DNA from: Oscillospiraceae bacterium
GTDB lineage: Bacteria; Bacillota; Clostridia; Oscillospirales; CAG-382
Reading direction: 5' to 3'
NCBI GenBank assembly: GCA_015064895.1
Contig: SVRI01000001.1
Coordinates: forward strand, 1,619 to 65,618
DNA length: 64,000 bases
Shown here: in pieces, positions 35,976 through 47,242 of the stretch
Numbering within the stretch: position 1 is the first letter of the stretch
Layout: each line of letters opens with the position of its first letter
The notes under the pieces: generated by a model
What the model saw: the letters and a program-made list of their open reading frames with translations, nothing else
The model's database searches: none
What the model was told of the DNA's origin: nothing
Position numbers and translations under genes: made by a program

Positions 35976-36268
35976 TGAAATTCGCACATGACGTAATTAT
36001 CAAGCCGATTATCACAGAAGACAGCATGGCAAGACTTGCTGAAAAGAAGTACACCTTCGAAGTAGCAGACGGCGCAAGCAAGGTTGAAATCAAGAAGGCC
36101 GTTGAAGAAATCTTCAAGGTAAAGGTTGAAAAGATCAACACAATCAGCATGAAGGCAAAGAACAAGAGAGTTGGCTACCACTTCGGTAAGACATCCGAAT
36201 GGAAGAAGGCAATTGTTACTCTTACAGCTGATTCCAAGACTATCGAATTCTTCGATAGCATGATGTAA
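35975..36268 (+). CDS. rplW: 50S ribosomal protein L23
   Basis: The translation begins [30 protein letters not shown]. The start overlaps the rplD stop. Confidence 0.96.
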   Translation: MKFAHDVIIKPIITEDSMARLAEKKYTFEVADGASKVEIKKAVEEIFKVKVEKINTISMKAKNKRVGYHFGKTSEWKKAIVTLTADSKTIEFFDSMM

Positions 36269-36344
36269 TCATCAATAACAGTTAAATGATGCGGCGGCAA
36301 AGGGGTGCCAATCCCCACGGTATCGCCGAGAAATGGAGTTAAAA

Positions 36345-37178
36345 ATGGCAGTTAAGACATTTAAGCCTACTACTCCGGCCAGAAGACAGATGACTGTTCC
36401 CAGCTTCGAAGAAATCACTAAGAAGACTCCCGAGAAAAGTCTTATTGCAGTTCTTAAGAAGCATGCCGGACGTAATAATACAGGTAAGATTACCGTTCGT
36501 CATCATGGCGGCGGAAACAGAGTAAAGTACAGAATCATCGATTTCAAGAAGAAGATCGAAAATGTTCCTGCAACTGTACTCGCAATTGAATACGACCCCA
36601 ACAGAACAGCTTATATCGCACTCATGCAGTACGAAACAGGCGAAAAGACATACAGCATCGCGCCCGTAGGTCTTAAGGTTGGTGACGTAGTAATGAACGG
36701 CGCCGGCGCCGATATCAAGCCCGGTAACGTTCTCGCAATCAACGATATCCCCGTTGGTACACTTATCCACAACATCGAACTTTATCCCGGTAAGGGCGGC
36801 CAGCTCGTTAGAAGTGCCGGCACATACGCTCAGCTCATGGCTAAGGAAAACGGTGTTGCTCAGGTAAGACTTCCCTCCGGTGAAGTTAGAATCATCAGAC
36901 TTGACTGTAAGGCAACAATCGGTCAGGTTGGTAACCTTGAACACGAAAACATCAACATCGGTAAGGCTGGTAAGAAGCGTCACATGGGCATCCGTCCTAC
37001 AGTACGCGGTTCCGTAATGAACCCCTGCGACCATCCTCACGGTGGTGGTGAAGGTAGAGCTCCTATCGGTCGTGCAACTCCTGTTACACCTTGGGGCAAG
37101 CCTGCACTCGGTTATAAGACAAGAAATAAGAAGAATCGTACCAACAAGTTCATCGTTAAGAGAAGAAACGATAAGTAA
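36345..37178 (+). CDS. rplB: 50S ribosomal protein L2
   Basis: The translation begins [17 protein letters not shown], with ...HPHGGGEGR further on. GGAG lies 6 nt upstream of ATG 36345; the track starts at 36333. Confidence 0.97.
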   Translation: MAVKTFKPTTPARRQMTVPSFEEITKKTPEKSLIAVLKKHAGRNNTGKITVRHHGGGNRVKYRIIDFKKKIENVPATVLAIEYDPNRTAYIALMQYETGEKTYSIAPVGLKVGDVVMNGAGADIKPGNVLAINDIPVGTLIHNIELYPGKGGQLVRSAGTYAQLMAKENGVAQVRLPSGEVRIIRLDCKATIGQVGNLEHENINIGKAGKKRHMGIRPTVRGSVMNPCDHPHGGGEGRAPIGRATPVTPWGKPALGYKTRNKKNRTNKFIVKRRNDK

Positions 37179-37210
37179 TTCTCTGCGATAGACATAAGGA
37201 GGAAATAATT

Positions 37211-37483
37211 TTGAGCAGAAGCATTAAAAAGGGACCTTTCGTCGAAGCTAAGCTCTTCAAGAGAATTGAAGAAATGAACGCTCAGGGCGAAAAGAGAGTC
37301 CTCAAGACATGGTCCAGAGCTTCCACAATATTCCCTCAGTTCGTGGGTCACACAATTGCAGTTCATAACGGCAAGAACCATGTTCCCGTATACGTAACAG
37401 AAGATATGGTTGGACATAAGCTTGGTGAATTTGCTCCCACAAGAACATTCAAGGGACATGCAGGCTCTAAGACAAGTAAGTAA
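37211..37483 (+). CDS. rpsS: 30S ribosomal protein S19
   Basis: The translation begins [23 protein letters not shown], with ...[23 protein letters not shown] further on. The start is TTG with AAGGAGG upstream. Confidence 0.97.
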   Translation: MSRSIKKGPFVEAKLFKRIEEMNAQGEKRVLKTWSRASTIFPQFVGHTIAVHNGKNHVPVYVTEDMVGHKLGEFAPTRTFKGHAGSKTSK

Positions 37484-37545
37484 TAAATCGAAATCGAACG
37501 CAGTATAGTTCACTTCGGACAAATATTGCGAAAGGAGGCTAACTC

Positions 37546-37881
37546 ATGGAAGCAAAAGCATATTTAAGAGATCTGAGAATATCCCCCAGAAAGGTTTCGA
37601 TAGTTCTCGACCTCATCAGAAATAAAGATGTTGCAACCGCAGCAGGCATTCTTGCTAACACACCTAAGGCAGCAAGCCTTCCCATTGCAAAGCTCCTTAA
37701 GAGTGCAGTTGCAAACGCTGAAAACAACAACGGCATGGACGTTTCCAAGCTTTATGTTTCTCAGTGCTTCGTAACACCCGCAAGAACAGCAAAGAGAATT
37801 CAGCCCCGTGCACAGGGCAGAGCTTTCAGAATTCTTAAGAGAAGCTCACACATCACACTCGCGGTAGCTGAAAGACAGTAA
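37546..37881 (+). CDS. rplV: 50S ribosomal protein L22
   Basis: The translation begins MEAKAYLRDLRISPRKVSIVLDLIRNKDV. Confidence 0.97.
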   Translation: MEAKAYLRDLRISPRKVSIVLDLIRNKDVATAAGILANTPKAASLPIAKLLKSAVANAENNNGMDVSKLYVSQCFVTPARTAKRIQPRAQGRAFRILKRSSHITLAVAERQ

Positions 37882-37954
37882 TCGCAAATCTAAATTCAAA
37901 TTAAACTAACGTAATATAAACGTTAAATCCAACAAAGGAGGCTTATTACAGAGT

Positions 37955-38641
37955 ATGGGTCAGAAAGTTAATCCGCACGGCTTGCGTGTAGGCGTTATTA
38001 AAGACTGGGACTCCAGATGGTTCGTTAAGGACGAAGTATTCGGAGATACTCTTGTAGCAGACTACAAGCTCAGAACTTGGCTTAAAGAAAAACTGCAGGG
38101 TGCCGGCGTTCCTAAGATTGAAATTGAACGTGACGGTAAGAGAATAAAGGTGTTTATCCACTGTGCAAAGCCCGGTATCATCATCGGTAAGCAGGGTGCA
38201 GAAATCGATAAACTCAAGGGTGAAATTGAAGCGTTCACAGGCGAACCCTGCCTTGTAAACGTAACAGAAGTAAAGTCCCCCGACCTCAACGCACAGCTCG
38301 TTGCTGAATCCATCGCTGCACAGCTCGAAAGAAGAATCGCTTTCAGAAGAGCTATGAAGCAGGCAATCGGCAGAACAATGAAGCTCGGTGCAAAGGGTAT
38401 TAAGGTACAGCTCTCCGGTCGTCTCAACGGCGCGGAAATTGCTCGTTCCGAACACTATTCAGAAGGTACTATTCCTCTTCAGACAATCAGAGCAGACATC
38501 GACTACGGTTTCTGGGAAGCAAACACAACATACGGTAAGATCGGTGTTAAGGTTTGGATCTACAGAGGCGAAGTTCTTGCAAATGCTGCAAAGAGACAGT
38601 CCAGAAGACCTTCTAAGAAGAACGAAGGAGGCGAAAGATAA
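37955..38641 (+). CDS. rpsC: 30S ribosomal protein S3
   Basis: The translation begins [23 protein letters not shown]. Confidence 0.97.
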   Translation: MGQKVNPHGLRVGVIKDWDSRWFVKDEVFGDTLVADYKLRTWLKEKLQGAGVPKIEIERDGKRIKVFIHCAKPGIIIGKQGAEIDKLKGEIEAFTGEPCLVNVTEVKSPDLNAQLVAESIAAQLERRIAFRRAMKQAIGRTMKLGAKGIKVQLSGRLNGAEIARSEHYSEGTIPLQTIRADIDYGFWEANTTYGKIGVKVWIYRGEVLANAAKRQSRRPSKKNEGGER

Positions 38642-38643
38642 CT

Positions 38644-39057
38644 ATGTTAATGCCTAAGAGAGTTAAGTACAGAAGAGTACAGAGAGGTAGACTTACCGGT
38701 AAGGCAACTCGTGGCAACACAGTTTCTAACGGTGAATTCGGTCTTCAGGCGGTAGAACCCGCTTGGATCACAAGCAACCAGATCGAAGCAGCCAGAATCG
38801 CTATGACAAGATACGTTAAGCGTGGCGGTAAGGTTTGGATCAAGATATTCCCCGACAAGCCCGTAACAGAAAAGCCCGCTGAAACTCGAATGGGTTCCGG
38901 TAAGGGTTCACCTGAATACTGGGTAGCGGTAGTTAAGCCCGGCCGTGTAATGTTTGAAATGGCAGGCGTAACAGAAGAACAGGCAAGAGAAGCTATGCGT
39001 CTCGCATCTCACAAGCTTCCCGTAAAGTGCAAATTCGTTAAGAAAGAGGAGGCGTAA
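38644..39057 (+). CDS. rplP: 50S ribosomal protein L16
   Basis: The translation begins [25 protein letters not shown]. Confidence 0.97.
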   Translation: MLMPKRVKYRRVQRGRLTGKATRGNTVSNGEFGLQAVEPAWITSNQIEAARIAMTRYVKRGGKVWIKIFPDKPVTEKPAETRMGSGKGSPEYWVAVVKPGRVMFEMAGVTEEQAREAMRLASHKLPVKCKFVKKEEA

Positions 39058-39060
39058 GAA

Positions 39061-39249
39061 ATGAAGATTACAGAAATCAGAGAAAAATCCTCCGAACAGC
39101 TTACAACCCTTCTTAAGGAACAGAAGGAAGAGCTTTTCAACCTTCGTTTCCAGCATGCGATTCATCAGCTCGACAATCCCCAGAAGATAGTTGAGACAAA
39201 GAGAAACATCGCAAAGATCCTTACAGTCCTCACCGAAAAGCAGGCGTAA
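39061..39249 (+). CDS. rpmC: 50S ribosomal protein L29
   Basis: The translation begins MKITEIREKSSEQLTTLLKEQKEELFNLRFQ. Confidence 0.96.
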   Translation: MKITEIREKSSEQLTTLLKEQKEELFNLRFQHAIHQLDNPQKIVETKRNIAKILTVLTEKQA

Positions 39250-39268
39250 GCGGGAAAGGAGATAAAAA

Positions 39269-39523
39269 ATGGAAAGAAATCTCAGAAAGACCAGAGTTGG
39301 TATAGTATCCAGCAACAAGATGGATAAGACAATCGTAGTTTCCATCCTTGACAGTGTTAAGCACCCGCTTTACAAGAAGGTTATCAAGAGAACCGTAAAG
39401 TTCAAGGCTCATGATGAACTCAACGAATGTAATATCGGCGATAAGGTTGAAATTATGGAAACAAGACCCCTCTCCAAGGATAAGAGATGGAGACTTGTTA
39501 GAATCATCGAAAAGGCAAAATAA
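39269..39523 (+). CDS. rpsQ: 30S ribosomal protein S17
   Basis: The translation contains ...[32 protein letters not shown]. Confidence 0.96.
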   Translation: MERNLRKTRVGIVSSNKMDKTIVVSILDSVKHPLYKKVIKRTVKFKAHDELNECNIGDKVEIMETRPLSKDKRWRLVRIIEKAK

Positions 39524-39580
39524 GATAGCAATTGTATCTATACTCGATACAATCATCCAATATAAGGAGGATACATTAAC

Positions 39581-39949
39581 ATGTTACAACAGCAGTCGTT
39601 GATGAAGGTTGCCGATAACACCGGCGCCAAAGAACTCATGTGTATCCGTGTGCTCGGTGGTACAGGCAGAAGATATGCCCGTATCGGAGACGTTGTGGTT
39701 TGTGCCGTTAAAAAGGCAACACCCGGCGGCGTTGTTAAGAAGGGCGATGTTGTTAAGGCGGTAGTCGTAAGAACAGTACAGAGCCTCAGACGCGCAGACG
39801 GTAGCTATATCAAATTTGATGAAAATGCAGCTGTTATTATAGGTGCAGATAAGAACCCCAAGGGTACTCGTATTTTTGGCCCGGTGGCAAGAGAGCTTCG
39901 TGAAAAGGATTACCTTAAGATTCTCTCCCTCGCTCCGGAAGTACTTTAA
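39581..39949 (+). CDS. rplN: 50S ribosomal protein L14
   Basis: The translation begins [27 protein letters not shown]. Confidence 0.97.
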   Translation: MLQQQSLMKVADNTGAKELMCIRVLGGTGRRYARIGDVVVCAVKKATPGGVVKKGDVVKAVVVRTVQSLRRADGSYIKFDENAAVIIGADKNPKGTRIFGPVARELREKDYLKILSLAPEVL

Positions 39950-39963
39950 GGGAGGAATTGAAA

Positions 39964-40296
39964 ATGGCTTTAACTAAGTATGAAAAGAAGCTCGCTGTAA
40001 AGACTGGCGATACAGTAGTTGTAAACAGCGGCGATGACAAGGGCAAGAAGGGCAAGGTTCTCGAAGTTTCCAAGTCTGAAGGCAAGGTAATTGTTGAAGG
40101 CGTAAACGTCGTGACAAAGCACGTAAAGCCCAGAAGACAGGGCGAAGAAGGCGGTCTTATCAAGACAGAAGGTGCTTTCTACGCATCCAAGGTAAATGTA
40201 TACTGCGCAAAGTGCGACAAGGGTGTAAGAGTTGCTCACAAGGTTGTTGGCGACAAGAAGATCCGTGTATGTGCTAAGTGCGGCGAAGAACTTTAA
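39964..40296 (+). CDS. rplX: 50S ribosomal protein L24 (form with a C-terminal CxxC...CxxC)
   Basis: The KOW region is KTGDTVVVNSGDDKGKKGKVLEV. GGAGG lies 8 nt upstream of ATG 39964. The C-terminus reads YCAKCDKG...RVCAKCGEEL. Confidence 0.95.
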   Translation: MALTKYEKKLAVKTGDTVVVNSGDDKGKKGKVLEVSKSEGKVIVEGVNVVTKHVKPRRQGEEGGLIKTEGAFYASKVNVYCAKCDKGVRVAHKVVGDKKIRVCAKCGEEL

Positions 40297-40318
40297 TTCG
40301 TGAGGGAGGAAAAGTAAA

Positions 40319-40861
40319 ATGGCAGCTAGACTTAGAGACTATTATAACAACGAAGTTGCTCCCGCACTCATGAAGAAGTTCGAGTACAAGAGTCCGATGC
40401 AGATACCCAAGCTTGATAAGGTGGTTATCAACATCGGTGCGGGCGACGCTAAGGATAACGCAAAGGTTATCGACAATATTATCGCAGACCTCGAAATTAT
40501 CACCGGTCAGAAGGCAGTTCCCACTTACGCAAGAAAGTCGGTAGCTAACTTCAAGCTCAGACAGGGCATGAAGATCGGTGCAAAGGTTACACTCAGAAGT
40601 GAAAAGATGTATGAGTTTGTAGACAGACTCTTCAACCTCGCACTTCCCCGTGTACGTGACTTCAAGGGTATTAACCCCGATTCCTTCGACGGAAGAGGTA
40701 ACTATTCCCTTGGTCTTAAGGAACAGCTCATATTCCCTGAAATCGAGTACGATAAAATCGAAAAGATCAGAGGTATGGACATAGTATTCGTAACAAGTGC
40801 AAAGAACGACGAAGAAGCAAGAGAACTCTTAAAGCTTCTCGGCGCACCCTTTGCAAAGTAA
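40319..40861 (+). CDS. rplE: 50S ribosomal protein L5
   Basis: The translation begins [38 protein letters not shown]. Confidence 0.97.
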   Translation: MAARLRDYYNNEVAPALMKKFEYKSPMQIPKLDKVVINIGAGDAKDNAKVIDNIIADLEIITGQKAVPTYARKSVANFKLRQGMKIGAKVTLRSEKMYEFVDRLFNLALPRVRDFKGINPDSFDGRGNYSLGLKEQLIFPEIEYDKIEKIRGMDIVFVTSAKNDEEARELLKLLGAPFAK

Positions 40862-40880
40862 GAGGGGTAGGTAAAGAATT

Positions 40881-41066
40881 ATGGCAAAAAAGGCAATGGT
40901 ATTAAAGCAGCAGAAGACACAGAAGTTTTCTACTCGTGAATATAACAGATGTAAGATTTGCGGACGCCCCCATTCTTATATGAGAAAGTACGGTATCTGC
41001 CGTATCTGCTTCAGAGAATTGGCTTACAAGGGTCAGATTCCCGGAGTAAGAAAGGCAAGCTGGTAA
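40881..41066 (+). CDS. rpsN: 30S ribosomal protein S14 type Z (zinc-binding, 61 aa)
   Basis: The translation begins [46 protein letters not shown]. Confidence 0.96.
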   Translation: MAKKAMVLKQQKTQKFSTREYNRCKICGRPHSYMRKYGICRICFRELAYKGQIPGVRKASW

Positions 41067-41112
41067 ATCTATCTCAAGTTTAAGACTAAATAAATAAGGA
41101 GGTCAACAAATC

Positions 41113-41511
41113 ATGCAGATAACAGACGTTATAGCAGATATGCTTACACGTATCCGTAACGCAAACTCTTCCAAGCACCCTACAGTAGATATCCCTGCTT
41201 CCAGTGTTAAGAAGGCAATTGCGGAAATCCTTCTCGAAGAAGGTTACATCGCAGGATACGAAGTTCTCGATAACGGTAATCAGGGAACTATCAGAGTAAC
41301 TCTCAAATACGGCGCAAACAAGTCCAAGGTTATTCAGGGTCTTAAGAGAGTATCTAAGCCCGGCCTTAGAATTTACACAAGCTGTGAAGATATGCCCAAG
41401 GTAATGAAGGGACTCGGTATTGCGATCATCTCCACATCCAAGGGAATTATGACCGATAAGAAGGCAAAAGCTCTTCATGTCGGCGGTGAAGTTCTCGCAT
41501 TTGTTTGGTAA
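41113..41511 (+). CDS. rpsH: 30S ribosomal protein S8
   Basis: The translation begins [22 protein letters not shown]. Confidence 0.97.
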   Translation: MQITDVIADMLTRIRNANSSKHPTVDIPASSVKKAIAEILLEEGYIAGYEVLDNGNQGTIRVTLKYGANKSKVIQGLKRVSKPGLRIYTSCEDMPKVMKGLGIAIISTSKGIMTDKKAKALHVGGEVLAFVW

Positions 41512-41600
41512 TTAAAGAACCAAATGATACGAGTGAGCTGTAAGGCAGAAATCACTGCATACAGACACAAAAATCGTAAATAACGCAAAGGAGAAAAGTT

Positions 41601-42140
41601 ATGTCAAGAATAGGTAGAATGCCTATTACTGTTCCCGCTGGCGTTGAAGTAAAAATCGGTGACAACAATGTAGTTACAGTAAAGGGCCCCAAGGGTACAC
41701 TTACTAAGGAACTCAGCGCAAGAATGACAATCAAGCAGGACGGCGCACAGCTTGTTGTTGAAAGACCCAGCGACGAGAAGCAGGATAGAGCTCTCCACGG
41801 TTTAACACGTTCACTTCTTTTCAATATGGTTGAAGGTGTTACCAATGGATATAAGAAAGAACTCGAAGTTAACGGCGTAGGTTACAGAGTTGCAATGGAA
41901 GGCAAGACACTCGTGCTCACAATCGGTTATTCTCATCTTGTTAAGATGGAAGCTGAAGAAGGCATCGAAATCACATGCCCCGATGCAAACCACATTACAA
42001 TCACCGGCGCTGATAAGCAGAGAGTCGGCGAAGTAGCAGCAGTCATCAGATCCAAGAGACCCCCCGAACCTTACCATGGCAAGGGTATCAAGTATATTGA
42101 TGAACACATCAGACGTAAGTCCGGTAAGGCCGGCAAGTAA
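41601..42140 (+). CDS. rplF: 50S ribosomal protein L6
   Basis: The translation begins MSRIGRMPITVPAGVEVKIGDNNVVTVKGPKGTL. Confidence 0.97.
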   Translation: MSRIGRMPITVPAGVEVKIGDNNVVTVKGPKGTLTKELSARMTIKQDGAQLVVERPSDEKQDRALHGLTRSLLFNMVEGVTNGYKKELEVNGVGYRVAMEGKTLVLTIGYSHLVKMEAEEGIEITCPDANHITITGADKQRVGEVAAVIRSKRPPEPYHGKGIKYIDEHIRRKSGKAGK

Positions 42141-42161
42141 TAGAGAAGGGAGTGCAGATAA

Positions 42162-42521
42162 ATGTTTACAAGAAAAGACAGTAATATTCAGCGTAAAAAG
42201 AGACATACAAGAGTCCGCGGCAAGGTTAGCGGCACTGCATCCCGTCCTCGTCTCTGTGTATATAGATCTCTCAGCAACATCTATGCACAGGTAATCGATG
42301 ACACTTGCGGCAAGACACTTGCAAGCGCAGCATCCAACGAAAAGGATTTCGCAATGTACGGCGGAAACAAGGAAGCTGCAAAGAAGGTTGGCGAAGCAGT
42401 AGCTAAGCGCGCAATCGAAAAGGGTATCACTGAAGTAGTATTCGACAGAGGCGGCTACATTTATCACGGACGTGTTGAAGCACTTGCTGAAGGCGCACGT
42501 GAAGCAGGCCTTAAATTCTAA
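42162..42521 (+). CDS. rplR: 50S ribosomal protein L18
   Basis: The translation contains ...[37 protein letters not shown]. Confidence 0.97.
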   Translation: MFTRKDSNIQRKKRHTRVRGKVSGTASRPRLCVYRSLSNIYAQVIDDTCGKTLASAASNEKDFAMYGGNKEAAKKVGEAVAKRAIEKGITEVVFDRGGYIYHGRVEALAEGAREAGLKF

Positions 42522-42535
42522 GGAGGGGCAGACAC

Positions 42536-43042
42536 ATGGCTAGAAATTTTGACCCTGCAACACTCGGCGAGCTCATGGAAACAGTTGTTGAAACAAGAAG
42601 AGTTTCCAAGACTGTAAAGGGCGGACGTATTATGCGTTTTGCTGCAGTAGTTGTAGTTGGCGACCAGAACGGTCACGTTGGCTACGGTATCGGTAAGTCT
42701 GCCGAAGTACCCGAAGCTATCAGAAAAGCAATTGAAGATGCTAAGAAGAACATGATCGAAGTATCTCTCAAGAACACAACAATTCCTCACGATATTATCG
42801 GCGAATTCGGCGCAGCTAAGGTAATCCTTAAGCCCGCTGCAGAAGGTACCGGTATCATCGCAGGCGGCACAGTAAGAGCCGTAGTAGAAGCAGCTGGTAT
42901 CAAGAATATCAGAGCTAAGTGCTTAAAGTCAAACAACAAGATCAACGTAGTTAAGGCGACATTCGAAGGCCTCAAGGCACTCAGAAGTGCTGAACAGGTA
43001 GCTAAGATGCGCGGCAAGAGCGTTGAAGAAATCGTAGGCTAA
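42536..43042 (+). CDS. rpsE: 30S ribosomal protein S5
   Basis: The translation contains ...[49 protein letters not shown]. Confidence 0.97.
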   Translation: MARNFDPATLGELMETVVETRRVSKTVKGGRIMRFAAVVVVGDQNGHVGYGIGKSAEVPEAIRKAIEDAKKNMIEVSLKNTTIPHDIIGEFGAAKVILKPAAEGTGIIAGGTVRAVVEAAGIKNIRAKCLKSNNKINVVKATFEGLKALRSAEQVAKMRGKSVEEIVG

Positions 43043-43057
43043 GGAGGTAGTGGCAAA

Positions 43058-43240
43058 ATGTCAAAGGTAACAATTACTTTAACTAAGAGCCTTATCGGTT
43101 GCTTAGATAAGCAGATTGCAACTGCTCACTCCCTCGGTCTCCGCAAGATCGGCGATACAACAGTTCAGGAAAAGAACGCAGCTACAGAAGGTAAGATCCG
43201 CGTTGTTTCCCACCTTGTATCAGTAGAACAGGAGGGCTAA
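43058..43240 (+). CDS. rpmD: 50S ribosomal protein L30
   Basis: The translation begins MSKVTITLTKSLIGCLDKQIATAHSLGLRKIGD. Confidence 0.95.
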   Translation: MSKVTITLTKSLIGCLDKQIATAHSLGLRKIGDTTVQEKNAATEGKIRVVSHLVSVEQEG

Positions 43241-43243
43241 GAA

Positions 43244-43690
43244 ATGAAACTTCATGAATTATCTCCCGCAGCAGGTTCCTCCAAGGAAGCTTGGAGAAAG
43301 GGCCGTGGTCACGGTTCCGGTAACGGCAAGACTGCAGGTAAGGGCCATAAGGGTCAGAACGCTCGTTCCGGCGGCGGTGTAAGACCCGGTTTTGAAGGCG
43401 GTCAGATTCCTCTTTACAGAAGACTTCCCAAAAGAGGATTTACAAACGACATGTTCAAGAAGGAATACACAATTATCAATGTAGAACTTCTTAACGACTT
43501 ATTCAATGACGGTGACACAGTATCTATAGAAACTCTCCTTGAACAGGGTATCGTAAAGAAGGAACTTTGCGGTCTCAAGGTTCTCGGCAGAGGCGAAATC
43601 ACTAAAAAGCTTACCGTTAAAGCAGCTATCTTCTCCGGCAGTGCAAAGGAGAAAATCGAAGCCGCAGGCGGAAAGGCTGAGGTGATCTAA
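43244..43690 (+). CDS. rplO: 50S ribosomal protein L15
   Basis: The translation begins [38 protein letters not shown]. Confidence 0.97.
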   Translation: MKLHELSPAAGSSKEAWRKGRGHGSGNGKTAGKGHKGQNARSGGGVRPGFEGGQIPLYRRLPKRGFTNDMFKKEYTIINVELLNDLFNDGDTVSIETLLEQGIVKKELCGLKVLGRGEITKKLTVKAAIFSGSAKEKIEAAGGKAEVI

Positions 43691-43691
43691 G

Positions 43692-44969
43692 GTGTTACAG
43701 ACATTAAAGAACGCATGGAAAATCGCAGAGTTAAGAAGTAAGATTCTTTTCACAGCTTTTATCGTAATTCTTTACAGATTCGGTTCTGTAATTTACGTAC
43801 CCTTCGTTAACGCAGGTGACCTTGTAAAAGAATTTTCCAAGGAAGCAAGTATTTTCTCTTATTTCAACATTCTCTCCGGTGACGCTTTCTCGAAAGCTAC
43901 ACTGTTTGCTCTTTCAATTTCACCTTATATCACAGCATCAATCGTTATCCAGCTTCTCACAATAGCTATTCCTGCTCTTGAAAGACTCTCTAAGCAGGGT
44001 CCCGACGGCAGAAAGAAGCTTACACAGATTACCAGATATTGTACAGTAGTTCTCGCACTCATCACAAGTATCGGTTATTATTTCTTCCTTAAGAACTATG
44101 ACATGATCACAAAAGAAGGTTTCTTCCCTGCTGCTGTAATCATTGCTTGTTACTGTGCGGGCGCGTCAATTATCATGTGGCTTGCAGAAAAGATTAATGA
44201 ACACGGTATCGGTAACGGTATCTCCATCATACTTTTCGCAAACATCGTAGCAAGCCTTCCCTTGACAATGATCAGAGCATTCACAAACGCAAACGGTACA
44301 TGGGGCTTCCTCGTTCCCACTATTACAATCATACTTCTTCTTGTATTGATTGTATTCGTAGTTCATGTAACTAACGCAGAACGCAGACTTCCCGTTCAGT
44401 ACGCAAAGCGTCAGGTTGGCAGAAGAATGTACGGCGGCCAGAACACCTACATTCCCATGAAGCTGAATATGTCAGGCGTTATGCCTATCATCTTCGCAAG
44501 CTCCATCGCTGCCATTCCTACAACAATTGCTCTTATCTTCCCGCCTAAGAACCCCGACGGAGTATGGGCAAAGATCGTTGACTTCTTCTCTTCCCAGTCT
44601 CCTGTTTATATGGTAATCTACTTCGTTCTCATTATCGCCTTCTCTTATTTCTATCTTGCAATCTCCTTCAACCCTGTTGAAATTGCAAATAATCTTAAGA
44701 ACAACGGCGGTTCTGTTCCCGGTATCAGACCCGGTAAGCCCACTGTCGACTACATCACAAAGATTCTCGGCAGAATCACACTTATCGGTGCTATATTCCT
44801 CGGAATCGTAGCAACACTTCCTCTTATCGCAGGTATGTTCTCCGACAAGCTCGCAGGTCTTGCTTTCGGTGGTTCTTCACTCCTCATTTTGGTAAGCGTT
44901 GCTCTTGAAACAACGAAGGAAATTGAAGCTCAGATGACAATGCGTCACTATAAGGGCTTCCTTGAATAA
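43692..44969 (+). CDS. secY: preprotein translocase subunit SecY
   Basis: The start is GTG. The translation begins MLQTLKNAWKIAELRSKILFT and is a 10-TM protein, with ...GISPYITASIVIQLL further on. Confidence 0.96.
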   Translation: MLQTLKNAWKIAELRSKILFTAFIVILYRFGSVIYVPFVNAGDLVKEFSKEASIFSYFNILSGDAFSKATLFALSISPYITASIVIQLLTIAIPALERLSKQGPDGRKKLTQITRYCTVVLALITSIGYYFFLKNYDMITKEGFFPAAVIIACYCAGASIIMWLAEKINEHGIGNGISIILFANIVASLPLTMIRAFTNANGTWGFLVPTITIILLLVLIVFVVHVTNAERRLPVQYAKRQVGRRMYGGQNTYIPMKLNMSGVMPIIFASSIAAIPTTIALIFPPKNPDGVWAKIVDFFSSQSPVYMVIYFVLIIAFSYFYLAISFNPVEIANNLKNNGGSVPGIRPGKPTVDYITKILGRITLIGAIFLGIVATLPLIAGMFSDKLAGLAFGGSSLLILVSVALETTKEIEAQMTMRHYKGFLE

Positions 44970-45001
44970 GAAAAATACCCAAACGTAAAAGAGGCCATTC
45001 A

Positions 45002-45634
45002 ATGAATATTATATTTTTTGGAGCCCCCGGTGCGGGTAAAGGAACTCAGGCTGAAATAGTCAGTCAAAAGCTTAATATCCCTACAATCTCAACAGGTGCC
45101 ATTATCAGAGCCGCCATCAAGGCAGGTACAGATATGGGCAAATCCGCACAAAGTTACATTGAAAAAGGTAATCTTGTGCCGGATGAGGTTGTGATAGGTA
45201 TTATAAAAGACAGACTCGGCGAGGACGACTGCAGAAAAGGATTTATCCTGGATGGTTTTCCCAGAACAATCCCTCAGGCAGAAGCCCTTGACAGAATGGG
45301 CATCAAGATTGATGTCGTTCTCGAGTTGTTCGTTCCCGATGATGAGATTGTAACACGCATGAGCGGCAGACGTGTCTGTCCTAAGTGCGGTGCAACTTAT
45401 CACACAAAGTTTAATCCCTCGACTGCAGGCGAAAACTGTGACAAGTGCGGTGATGTTCTTTCGATCCGCAAGGACGATGCTCCCGAAGTTGTCAAATCAA
45501 GACTTGTAGTTTACCACAATGAAACCGAACCGCTTAAAGAGTATTACGGTAACAAGGGCTTGGTAAGGACCGTTGTAGGTCAGGAAAAGCTCGAGGATAC
45601 TACAAAGCTTACTCTTGAGGCTCTCGGTATCTGA
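45002..45634 (+). CDS. adk: adenylate kinase (zinc-lid form)
   Basis: The translation begins MNIIFFGAPGAGKGTQAE. The lid reads CPKCGATYH...CDKCG. Confidence 0.96.
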   Translation: MNIIFFGAPGAGKGTQAEIVSQKLNIPTISTGAIIRAAIKAGTDMGKSAQSYIEKGNLVPDEVVIGIIKDRLGEDDCRKGFILDGFPRTIPQAEALDRMGIKIDVVLELFVPDDEIVTRMSGRRVCPKCGATYHTKFNPSTAGENCDKCGDVLSIRKDDAPEVVKSRLVVYHNETEPLKEYYGNKGLVRTVVGQEKLEDTTKLTLEALGI

Positions 45635-45644
45635 GGAAAAACGA

Positions 45645-46400
45645 ATGATTAGCTTAAAAAACAAAGAAGATTTACTTCTTATGCGACAGGCAGGAAAGAT
45701 TACCGCAGGTGCTCTTGAAGTTGCAAGAGAGCTTGTGAAGCCCGGTGAGTCACTTGTTTCGATTGACACGCACATCCGCAAGTTCATCGAAAAATCCGGC
45801 GCTAAACCTTCCTTTCTCGGATATGGCGGATTTCCTGCAAGTGCCTGCATAAGTGTGAACGAAGAAGTTATCCACGGTATTCCTTCCTCAAGACGGCTGG
45901 AAGAAGGCGACATTGTCAAGGTCGACGTCGGTGCCTTTATAAAAGGCTTCCACGGAGATGCGGCAAGAACCTTTTTCTGCGGCAAGGTCAGTGAGGAAGC
46001 GCAAAAGCTCGAAAGAGTGACACGTGAGAGCTTCTTTGAAGGAATTAAATTTGCCGATGTCAATCACAGAATCGGCGATATCTCAAACGCAATTCAGGAA
46101 TATGTTGAAAAGAATGGCTTCTCGGTGGTTCGCAACTATGTCGGTCATGGTATAGGAAAGAACCTTCACGAGGATCCGGAAGTACCCAACTTCGGAAGAA
46201 TTGGCAAAGGCCCGAGACTCTATGAGGGCATGACCCTTGCAATAGAGCCTATGGTAAATGCAGGTACTTACGATGTAAGAGTGCTTGACAACGACTGGAC
46301 TGTCGTAACCGTCGACGGAAAGCTTTCGGCTCACTATGAGAATACGATAGCAATAACCGATAACGGTGTCGAAATACTGACACTTACCGACGGAAACTAA
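45645..46400 (+). CDS. map: type I methionine aminopeptidase
   Basis: The translation begins MISLKNKEDLLLMRQAGKITAGAL, with ...VGHGIG...EPM metal ligands further on. GAGG lies upstream of ATG 45645; the track starts at 45615, inside adk. Confidence 0.94.
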   Translation: MISLKNKEDLLLMRQAGKITAGALEVARELVKPGESLVSIDTHIRKFIEKSGAKPSFLGYGGFPASACISVNEEVIHGIPSSRRLEEGDIVKVDVGAFIKGFHGDAARTFFCGKVSEEAQKLERVTRESFFEGIKFADVNHRIGDISNAIQEYVEKNGFSVVRNYVGHGIGKNLHEDPEVPNFGRIGKGPRLYEGMTLAIEPMVNAGTYDVRVLDNDWTVVTVDGKLSAHYENTIAITDNGVEILTLTDGN

Positions 46401-46430
46401 TCAGAAATTTCAGAAAATGGAGGGAACGTT

Positions 46431-46649
46431 GTGGCTAAGGACGACGTAATGGAATTTGAAGGCGTTGTAACGGAAGCACTTCCGAATGCAACATTTTTAG
46501 TAAAGCTTCCCAATGACCATGTAGTAACCGCACATATCTCAGGTAAGCTCAGAATGAACTTTATCAAGATTTTGCCCGGTGACAAGGTTACGGTTGAGGT
46601 TTCTACCTACGACCTTACAAAGGGAAGAATAACCTGGCGAGCAAAGTAA
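46431..46649 (+). CDS. infA: translation initiation factor IF-1
   Basis: The start is GTG. The translation begins [53 protein letters not shown]. Confidence 0.97.
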   Translation: MAKDDVMEFEGVVTEALPNATFLVKLPNDHVVTAHISGKLRMNFIKILPGDKVTVEVSTYDLTKGRITWRAK

Positions 46650-46688
46650 TAAATGCTTTAGTGAGCCTTTTAACAGGAGGATTTCAAA

Positions 46689-46802
46689 ATGAAAGTTAAG
46701 CCTTCGGTAAAGAAAATATGCGAAAAGTGCAAGATAATCAAGAGACACGGTATTATCATGGTTATCTGCGAAAACCCGAAGCATAAGCAGAGACAGGGCT
46801 AA
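46689..46802 (+). CDS. rpmJ: 50S ribosomal protein L36
   Basis: I found this gene by hand translation; it is below the track size cutoff. The translation is [43 protein letters not shown] lies upstream. Confidence 0.93.
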   Translation: MKVKPSVKKICEKCKIIKRHGIIMVICENPKHKQRQG

Positions 46803-46852
46803 TTTAAAGCTCTATATAGCGTCAAGACGACGAGAAAACGAGGTGTAAATAA

Positions 46853-47221
46853 ATGGCACGTATATCCGGCGTTGACCTTCCCAGAGAAAAGAGAGTCGAA
46901 ATCGGCCTCACATATATCTACGGAATCGGTCTTACAAGCTCAAAAGACATACTTGCAAAGACAGGTATTAACCCTGATACAAGAGTTAAGGACCTTACAG
47001 AAGATGACGTAGCTAAGCTCCGTGACATCATCGAAGGAGAATACACTGTAGAAGGTGACCTTCGCAGAGAAGTAGCTCTTAACATTAAGCGTCTTGTTGA
47101 AATCGATGCGTACAGAGGCGTAAGACACCGTAAGGGTCTTCCCGTTCGCGGACAGAGAACAAAGACAAACGCAAGAACACGCAAGGGTCCCGCAAAGACA
47201 ATTGCTAACAAGAAGAAGTAA
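46853..47221 (+). CDS. rpsM: 30S ribosomal protein S13
   Basis: The translation begins [26 protein letters not shown]. Confidence 0.97.
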   Translation: MARISGVDLPREKRVEIGLTYIYGIGLTSSKDILAKTGINPDTRVKDLTEDDVAKLRDIIEGEYTVEGDLRREVALNIKRLVEIDAYRGVRHRKGLPVRGQRTKTNARTRKGPAKTIANKKK

Positions 47222-47242
47222 TAGGAAAGGAGAGACATTAAA

